Shown here in pieces: positions 57,439 to 64,000 of a stretch of DNA of 64,000 nucleotides. The stretch is from an uncultured bacterium. GTDB lineage: Bacteria > Omnitrophota > Gorgyraeia > Ghiorseimicrobiales > Ghiorseimicrobiaceae. Positions within the stretch are counted from its first letter, which is position 1. The number at the start of each line of letters is the position of its first letter. Position numbers and translations under genes: made by a program. The notes under the pieces are model-generated. The model was not told where the DNA came from. It was given only the letters and a program-made list of their open reading frames with translations, and ran no database searches. The stretch lies in contig CAJVXN010000005.1 in NCBI GenBank assembly GCA_913009335.1, forward strand, positions 110-64,109, written 5' to 3'.

Positions 57439-60005
57439 TCCAATAACCCTTCCGGGGCATCTGCTTGTAATGGATTTATTGCCACTCCTGATATTGGATT
57501 GTAAAAGATTTCAGTAGAGCAAGGATATTTATCATATAAACTTTCTACGGATGGCAAGAATCCTAATGAATCACTAGACCATTCTAAGCCGCGTTTAGAT
57601 ATTTTAAATACTGATGCTTTCCCTTTTCCGCCGATTCCTTTTTCCGCGTAGTCAAGCAATCCGGCCTTGACTAAAACGTACGCCCATTTTTTTATCTTAT
57701 CTACTTTCCAATCCATGTCTTCGGCCAGATCGCGGTATTTAAACGTGTATTCCATAGATTTATGATCATCATCCGGCACATAACTATCGTTTAACAGTTT
57801 GATTGCTTTCCATAATTCTTCCGCGGCAGGGCCAATTTCATAAATAGTGTATGTCAATATCGCTTCTGCCGCTATTTTAGCAATATAATAATCCGCTAAA
57901 GTAGATATAAGATGTATCTTATCTCCTTTAGCTTTTTCCTGTTTTCTATGGAATTGATGCAGCATTGTAATTATTTCTATCAATACTCGAAAACGTTCCC
58001 TATCGCGCCGAATACGTACAGGCTTATCCGGAAAGCTGCTGAATACTTCCTTAGCATAAGGAATAATTACTTTAAAATCAGGATTGAGTAATCGTTGAAC
58101 ATTTTTCCAAAGATTTAGATGCTGTTCTTCAATGATAAATTCCTCACCCTGGGCTTTACGTATTGTTATATCTCCGATAGCGGTTGTTAATTGAGGAGAA
58201 TCATCACTGAATACAGAAAAATTCCTTGTTTCATTTTCATCGAACATCTGCGCTTTAGTTGTCGTAATAAGAAAACCTACAGGGCCTTTTACTTTCTTCG
58301 TTACAGTTTCCATGGCCCCTGTATTCGGGTCCTTAATAGGCATCATTAATATTAAGTCTCCCTCTGACTGAGCCGTTCTAATAGAATAATCAGCGCTTTC
58401 AGATCCAGGGAGTTCATTAATATAAATAATCCTATGCTGCATTCCGTCTTCTGGGAGGTGATAGAAAGCATTTTGAGTGGCACGAGTGATAAAATGATAT
58501 CCCTCCTCAGGGATAAGTCGTTGTATATTTTGGCATGAGAAAGATTTTCCACTTGATGATTCTCCTTTTACTGTTATCGACAGAGGATCCTTCATTATCC
58601 TTGACGTATAACATAGATAAACCATTAACCGGACTACTTCATCGCCGACAACGCCCATTTTATTTGTAATGTCGATGACGCGATATAATATGTCCGGAGT
58701 ATTTTCAAGGAATTTAACAGCTTCATCCTTTTCTTGCTCCGTCATAATATAGAGTTGCTTCGGCGTAAGTAATTTATCCTGTTCTTCTTTTTCTAATTGC
58801 TTCTTAACTAAATCGTCTATTGTAATTAAATCAGAATCGAGTTCATCATCATTGGCCGCGTTGATAAAACGCTTGCGATTCGAAGCCATATCTAATTTGA
58901 CTAAGTCTTTATATACTATCTTACTATCTTTAGATAATGTTAAAGATACTTTAAACTTTCCGGCTTTCGTGAATTCGAATCCGGCTAAACGATATTCATA
59001 ATTCTTTTTCCGGAATACCATTGTATCAGCATCTCGAAAAACCATTGTGATAACACCTTCTTCGATTTGTTCTTTACGTAGTTGTGATTCTGTTAACGGA
59101 CATTTTTCTTTATCGCAATATTGTTGTATGATTGGATCTTCACAGCCATAACTTTTATAATTTCCACGAAATACTGAGTTGATTGTTTTAATAAGGTCTT
59201 TACTCGGTAGATGTTGTTTGTTTTTTAAATTCCAATTGCTTATCAGCGTTTCGATATCTTCCCGGGGTATCCCTTTTTCTTTGTAATTTATTACCAATCG
59301 TAAACACGCAATATCACGATTGCCTTTATCGACTCCTTGCTTTATCTTCTCAATACAAGGCAATTCCCGGCTGAATGTTCGATGTTCCGATACCGGAGTT
59401 TCTTTGAGTATAATCGTTTTTCTTTCAAGCTCATTATTCACAATCGTTTCTTCGATATTTTTTACTTCCGTAATTTTTATCTTTTTTAAATCAGGAAGAT
59501 TATCAACAAAAATATTATTAGTATCGTCAACAAAAACAGTTCTTCCTCGCTTAATATCTCCGCCGAATAAAGGAAGAAATATAAAATTACCAAATTGATT
59601 TTCTCCTACTTCGTCTTGCTTTGGAAATATCTCGCACGTAGTATCTAATTCTTCCATTATCATTTCAAAGACAAGCCTTGGTTTTACCGCTTCTATCGGT
59701 TTGTCAAAAAATGTCCATACATGATATCCTTTACTTTTACTGCGTTCAATATGCATATAGACATTGAAATGCGCGGCTCTGTTTTTTATATCTAATGCGA
59801 GATTAAAATCATCTGTGTCAATATCGCAAGCAAGCCACTTTGTCCATATGTTATTGTATATAGGATAAACGCCTATACGTTTTACTCCGTTAATATGATG
59901 TTGATATATTTCTTTCGTCAAAGGCTCTTTTAAACACATCTGATTAAGCCCATGACAATCCTGCCGCCCTGAAAAGAGCTTGATAAAATGATCTACTCCG
60001 GTCAT
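57435..60005 (-). CDS. AEP primase-PriCT-P-loop helicase-wHTH replication protein
   Basis: ACDID, ERSKSKGYHVW, EIFPKQ, GNFIFLP; KGNRD; GESSSGKS, IYINE. Confidence 0.88.
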   Translation of the reverse strand: MTGVDHFIKLFSGRQDCHGLNQMCLKEPLTKEIYQHHINGVKRIGVYPIYNNIWTKWLACDIDTDDFNLALDIKNRAAHFNVYMHIERSKSKGYHVWTFFDKPIEAVKPRLVFEMIMEELDTTCEIFPKQDEVGENQFGNFIFLPLFGGDIKRGRTVFVDDTNNIFVDNLPDLKKIKITEVKNIEETIVNNELERKTIILKETPVSEHRTFSRELPCIEKIKQGVDKGNRDIACLRLVINYKEKGIPREDIETLISNWNLKNKQHLPSKDLIKTINSVFRGNYKSYGCEDPIIQQYCDKEKCPLTESQLRKEQIEEGVITMVFRDADTMVFRKKNYEYRLAGFEFTKAGKFKVSLTLSKDSKIVYKDLVKLDMASNRKRFINAANDDELDSDLITIDDLVKKQLEKEEQDKLLTPKQLYIMTEQEKDEAVKFLENTPDILYRVIDITNKMGVVGDEVVRLMVYLCYTSRIMKDPLSITVKGESSSGKSFSCQNIQRLIPEEGYHFITRATQNAFYHLPEDGMQHRIIYINELPGSESADYSIRTAQSEGDLILMMPIKDPNTGAMETVTKKVKGPVGFLITTTKAQMFDENETRNFSVFSDDSPQLTTAIGDITIRKAQGEEFIIEEQHLNLWKNVQRLLNPDFKVIIPYAKEVFSSFPDKPVRIRRDRERFRVLIEIITMLHQFHRKQEKAKGDKIHLISTLADYYIAKIAAEAILTYTIYEIGPAAEELWKAIKLLNDSYVPDDDHKSMEYTFKYRDLAEDMDWKVDKIKKWAYVLVKAGLLDYAEKGIGGKGKASVFKISKRGLEWSSDSLGFLPSVESLYDKYPCSTEIFYNPISGVAINPLQADAPEGLLE

Positions 60006-60023
60006 AACAATGCTCCTTTTAAG

Positions 60024-60260
60024 TTAAGTTAATGTAATGCCTTTACTTTGAATATAATTTATTATATCTTGCACAATTTTCCAATTAGCAGCTTCTTCAT
60101 TTGTTATTTCTATGTTGAATGTTTCTTCTAATGCTAACACTAATTCGGCCCGATCTAAATCATCAAAAAATAAATCATCTCTAAGACTGTCTTTTTCTTT
60201 TATATTTTCTGATATTTGTTCCGCTATTAATTTTTTTAATTCTTCTATTGTTTTAATCAT
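60024..60260 (-). CDS. acyl carrier protein-like protein lacking the Ppant serine
   Basis: DDLFFDDLDRAELVLALEETFNIEI..VQDIINYI; DSLD motif reads DDLD. Confidence 0.85.
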   Translation of the reverse strand: MIKTIEELKKLIAEQISENIKEKDSLRDDLFFDDLDRAELVLALEETFNIEITNEEAANWKIVQDIINYIQSKGITLT

Positions 60261-60277
60261 GTTGCCTCCTTTTAATA

Positions 60278-60476
60278 GGTCTGGGGTGGCAAGATTTTTA
60301 CCTGCTATCATGGATAGGCGTATAATGACGCCTCGTTTTATGGCTGGGAGTGATCGACTCCAACGTCCCCACCAGAACCACATCTGGCGTGCTTAAAGAT
60401 TCTACACTAACTCCCAAAAAGTCTGGACTCTCCATAATATGATTAACATTTTTGTTCAATGTAACACCCCAGAACC
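60278..60476 (-). ncRNA. ~200-nt structured RNA containing a degenerate tRNA-His-like domain (60341-60416)
   Basis: Closing stem GGT(T)CTGGGGTG/CACCCCAGACC; inner TGGGAGT/ACTCCCA, GTGT/GCAC, CCAGA TGTGGT TCTGG. Confidence 0.55.
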
Positions 60477-60485
60477 AATTGCTAT

Positions 60486-61250
60486 TTACTCATCCGTTGT
60501 TTTTTCTTCTCCAAGCTCAACTTCAATGTCGCTTCTACGATGATACAACGAATCAAAATATTTCCTACCTATTGCATATTCTTCATCGGTGCATCTTCGC
60601 TTGAATTCAAGCGAAGGTACGGCATATGTTCCTTTTTTGCCTTTTACGATCTTCGTCTTAAGCGTATATACGCGGCCGAACATATCCTCTCCGGAAAACC
60701 GGGCCATTGAAAGTAATTCCTTAGCCGCTTTCACGGCAGTTTTCATAAGAGAAAGAGATACTGGAAACTGTTTTATGTTATTTACAAGCAGTGATGGGAA
60801 GTTATAGACTACGCTGAACATCGGCGGCTCCTGTCCGTTCCACGATGATCCTGGGACTTCTTCCACATCTTTGCCGATATACTGTTCGTATTCATCCACG
60901 CCCATAGTAACTGTCTTATTATCTCTTGACATCATCACAAGGCCTTTTTCAAGTTCAAACTGCGCTCGTGTTTTAAACATGAATATAGGAATAAAATCAA
61001 CCTCTTTACCATAAACTTCTTTTGTCAAAGAGTTTCCTAAATCACCCATTGTTGCCTTTCCATCAACAACAACTTGCGAAAGCCCTTGCAATATCGCGAG
61101 GCGAGGCATTTTTATATCGCCTTCTTCTACTTCATCAAAACCGGCCGGCATACCTTTTTCTCCGGATATCCTTGGAGCAATTACGCTTTCTTCTTGTCTT
61201 GCAACATCTTTATTTTCTTCTTGTCTTGCAACATCTTTATTTTCTTCCAT
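60486..61250 (-). CDS. putative ssDNA-binding/recombination protein
   Basis: DIKMPRLAILQGLS motif, acidic C-terminus, replication context; N-terminal EENKDVARQ x2. Confidence 0.55.
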   Translation of the reverse strand: MEENKDVARQEENKDVARQEESVIAPRISGEKGMPAGFDEVEEGDIKMPRLAILQGLSQVVVDGKATMGDLGNSLTKEVYGKEVDFIPIFMFKTRAQFELEKGLVMMSRDNKTVTMGVDEYEQYIGKDVEEVPGSSWNGQEPPMFSVVYNFPSLLVNNIKQFPVSLSLMKTAVKAAKELLSMARFSGEDMFGRVYTLKTKIVKGKKGTYAVPSLEFKRRCTDEEYAIGRKYFDSLYHRRSDIEVELGEEKTTDE

Positions 61251-61261
61251 AACATTACCTC

Positions 61262-61669
61262 CTATTTTGCAGTCGTTATTGCTAACTGCGGTTTAAAGAA
61301 ATACTTAAACGTTTCCTGCGGAATATCTTCTCCTTTTTTCAGCCTTTGAGATATAAAAGAAATAAGAGTCCTGTTATGGATAGTTGGCTTAATCATATCT
61401 GATCGGCCGCAATCCTCTTCAATCCAGCGCATTGCCTCTTCTTTTCTATCTTTCTCGACACTGACATAGAGCGTTTCTTTGCGGACAACCATGCAAAATA
61501 AAGTCGAGCTCTTGAATGACTTTAGTTCCCGGTTATCCATGTACTCTATGAGAGCTGCTTCCGCGTTCGTTTTAACCTCTTTGGCTTCAGAAAGAAAGCC
61601 TTCATATTCCTCTACTTTCTTCCGAGCTTTGAGGATTGTAGATAGCAGTTCGTGTTCTGTCATTTGCAT
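61262..61669 (-). CDS. conserved phage replication-module protein
   Basis: Coiled N-terminus, TIHNRTL..G.DIP. Confidence 0.6.
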   Translation of the reverse strand: MQMTEHELLSTILKARKKVEEYEGFLSEAKEVKTNAEAALIEYMDNRELKSFKSSTLFCMVVRKETLYVSVEKDRKEEAMRWIEEDCGRSDMIKPTIHNRTLISFISQRLKKGEDIPQETFKYFFKPQLAITTAK

Positions 61670-61770
61670 TCCATCACCTCTTTTGGTATTTATTTCTATT
61701 TCTCTTTAATCTACCCAACTTTTTTTTCTTACCAATACCTGCTTGTGGGCTTGATTTTTTACTCATTACT

Positions 61771-61995
61771 TCACTTCTCCTTCTTTTCTTCTTCGATTAC
61801 TTCTTTAATAGTCCAGATTATTTTTCCTTCTGGATTCCTAAGTGTTATTTCTCCTTTCGCATAGCGCTTATCAGCAACATAGCAAGCATTTATTTTCTGC
61901 GATGCCAATATTTTCGCGCTGAAGTTATCACGAGCTTTTATAGCAACAGTAGTTAATTGCGTCCCGAGCTTTGCCTGTAACGTGTACGTATTCAT
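61771..61995 (-). CDS. hypothetical protein
   Basis: RBS GGAGG, coupled ORF. Confidence 0.55.
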   Translation of the reverse strand: MNTYTLQAKLGTQLTTVAIKARDNFSAKILASQKINACYVADKRYAKGEITLRNPEGKIIWTIKEVIEEEKKEK

Positions 61996-62315
61996 GTTTT
62001 AACCTCCTTTCTCTTTTTTACTATTTCAAATATTCTATTAATAAATTCATCTATTGTTTCGTCTCCTTCCCGGAAACGTAATGCTTCGCCTCCGGCAAGT
62101 ATAAATTCCGTTGCTTGATATAATTGATATCTTGTTAATGTTTTCCCAGTAGATTTAAACTCAAGTAGAAATGGAACGCCTTTAATAACAAGGAAAAAAT
62201 CCCCTGGCTTCTTTCCTCCAAGGTGGAGCGTATCAGGAATTTTATAAGGCCAACAATTTGGATCTGCTTTTAATATTTTCTTTTTGAATCTCTCGTAATA
62301 TTTACGTTCACTCAT
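61992..62315 (-). CDS. PD-(D/E)xK nuclease (VRR-NUC/Holliday resolvase-like)
   Basis: ERKY..PGDF..LEFK..LTRYQ. Confidence 0.75.
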   Translation of the reverse strand: MSERKYYERFKKKILKADPNCWPYKIPDTLHLGGKKPGDFFLVIKGVPFLLEFKSTGKTLTRYQLYQATEFILAGGEALRFREGDETIDEFINRIFEIVKKRKEVKT

Positions 62316-62708
62316 ATCATCCTTAATGTTGCATGGACAATAAGCGCGGCTCCAACCCAATATTCTAATCTTGTCCAGTTTTTTTCAAAAAGGGAAGCTA
62401 CGCATATTGCTCCATAGATTATTAAAAGAAATTTCATTAAATTACTGCTCATTGTTTTCTTCTCCAACCATCAGAGGACATGTCATAGATTTTACTCATG
62501 TCCCTCGGTGGAACAGTCCGAGTAACTTTATTATATTTACCTTTATTGGCTTCTTTATGTATGGTAAGTAAATCTTTCTTTTGTTTCATCTCTCCTCCTT
62601 TGTCTACACTCCCCACACTTCCGCTCTACTATCTTTTCTACAAGCGTGTCCCGATCATAAACCCAATACATAAAGCTAATAAATTTAATATTATTAATAA
62701 TAATATCT

Positions 62709-62948
62709 TCATCTCTCCCCCTTTCGTTTCTCATACCAATAACAAATTAAGGTTACAATAAGTACTAAAGCTATGCCTAAAATCCATTTTAAAAGGTAAT
62801 AGGAGAGGTGTTCTAAATAATCAAAAACTATAGGCATATATTTAGTAAGAATCTTTACTACCCAATAAACAATACAAATCCACCCGAATATTACAATAGT
62901 CCAAATCGAACTTTTTATTACCATTATTTCTGCATCATTAAGTTTCAT
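62709..62948 (-). CDS. small membrane protein
   Basis: Two hydrophobic helices. Confidence 0.55.
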   Translation of the reverse strand: MKLNDAEIMVIKSSIWTIVIFGWICIVYWVVKILTKYMPIVFDYLEHLSYYLLKWILGIALVLIVTLICYWYEKRKGER

Positions 62949-63104
62949 TGTTTAGTCCTTTGGTTTGGCTTTTTTACAAGAGTCAAGTTCTTTCCTGCAA
63001 ACTTGAGGTAAATCTCCTTGATAGCACAATCCAACTATTGACTTGTATCTATATTCTTTTTTAGTTTTCATCATCTCCCCCTGCACTCTTTGCACTTCTT
63101 CTTA

Positions 63105-63761
63105 TCAATTCTTTAAGGTTAAAAAATCCTTATGCTTTAATTTAGTAATTATCCTCTGTCCATTTCTTGTTTTAAGTTCTGTACTTGGTCTTGCGACTAT
63201 CCCCTCAGATAAAAATTCACCCCATTTAGAATTAAAACCCTTTTTAACAAGATTAACCATATCTTCTAATCTTCCCATAGCCACAATCGGAACAATATCA
63301 ATATTTAATTTTATTGCTATTTCTTCTACATCTTCTCTCTGAAGCCAGTAATCACCTATTTTAATATCAAACAAAACAAAACCTTTTTCTTGTCTATAAT
63401 TTCCTCCACCTTTTTGTATCCCTGCGCCATAACCTTCGCCATAAAGACATACTGCTACATCTTGTCCTTGAGGTGGTATAAAATTCTCTTTGAAATAGTC
63501 AATCTTGCCTTCAAGTAACTTATTGATATTCACGATTAAATCACCATGTAATTGTGCATTATCTGTTTTTCCTCCAATCTGAATATCTGTACCATTCCAC
63601 ATAATTCTTATATTAGTTCCATCGACCTTTTCAGTAAAAAGCCAGAGATTATCTTTTAAATATCTAAATTCTGGAAAAGAATATTCTCCCTCTAATAATG
63701 TCTTGAATTTAGTTTCCGGGTTTCTCTTAAACACTGTTTGTATCTTGTGATATTCTTTCAT
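63105..63761 (-). CDS. RNA ligase (Rnl2-like nucleotidyltransferase)
   Basis: YHKI, TEKVDGTN, YGEGYG, FVLFDI, EGIV, RIITKLK. Confidence 0.85.
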   Translation of the reverse strand: MKEYHKIQTVFKRNPETKFKTLLEGEYSFPEFRYLKDNLWLFTEKVDGTNIRIMWNGTDIQIGGKTDNAQLHGDLIVNINKLLEGKIDYFKENFIPPQGQDVAVCLYGEGYGAGIQKGGGNYRQEKGFVLFDIKIGDYWLQREDVEEIAIKLNIDIVPIVAMGRLEDMVNLVKKGFNSKWGEFLSEGIVARPSTELKTRNGQRIITKLKHKDFLTLKN

Positions 63762-64000
63762 TTCTTATTCCTCCTTTTTTTACAACACTTATCATCCCTA
63801 ATCACCTTACCGCATTTGCAGAATGATATTTTAATGTGAGTCATTTTTAGCTACATTCATCATGGTCACAACCGTAAACTTCGTGTCCAGCCACTTTACA
63901 ATACTTCATTCCTTGTTGTTTCTTAATTCCTCATCATCTATCTCTATATATATTTTCATTATTTACTCCTTGAAATTATCTTTTTACAAATGATACAACG

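Noticed and set aside
61186-61247. 27-bp tandem duplication (EENKDVARQ x2)
   Set aside because: Simple duplication in a probably disordered N-terminus; no functional argument.
1-64000. Alternative genetic code or prophage boundaries
   Set aside because: Core genes are intact under the standard bacterial code; no integrase, att site or host genes seen.

Overview
Most of the genome of an AT-rich tailed dsDNA phage (siphovirus-type tail). The host is probably a diderm bacterium, judging from spanin-like genes, sigma70 promoters and strong SD sites. Layout: minus-strand early/accessory genes (1-11.5 kb); a divergent control region with a DnaA-box cluster (10.4-12.1 kb); a plus-strand block with co-chaperones, a ~10 kb sugar aminotransferase/glycosyltransferase/O-methyltransferase cluster, packaging, head, tail and lysis genes (12-53.2 kb); and a minus-strand replication module (53.3-64 kb). 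No integrase, DNA polymerase or CRISPR is visible in the window. The best candidate for a new system is a phage-encoded virion glycosylation system: the glycan-building cluster is paired with long mixed-codon poly-serine tracts in six late or virion proteins. Also notable: four hammerhead ribozymes (three intact) just upstream of early-gene RBSs, helically phased DnaA-box arrays with two more boxes at the capsid promoter, an acyl carrier protein lacking its phosphopantetheine serine, two aberrant tRNA-like RNAs, a DNA methyltransferase with an in-frame LAGLIDADG domain and no visible intein, and a palindromic origin-like element whose motif recurs at an early promoter. All calls come from reading the sequence by eye; no searches or folding programs were run.
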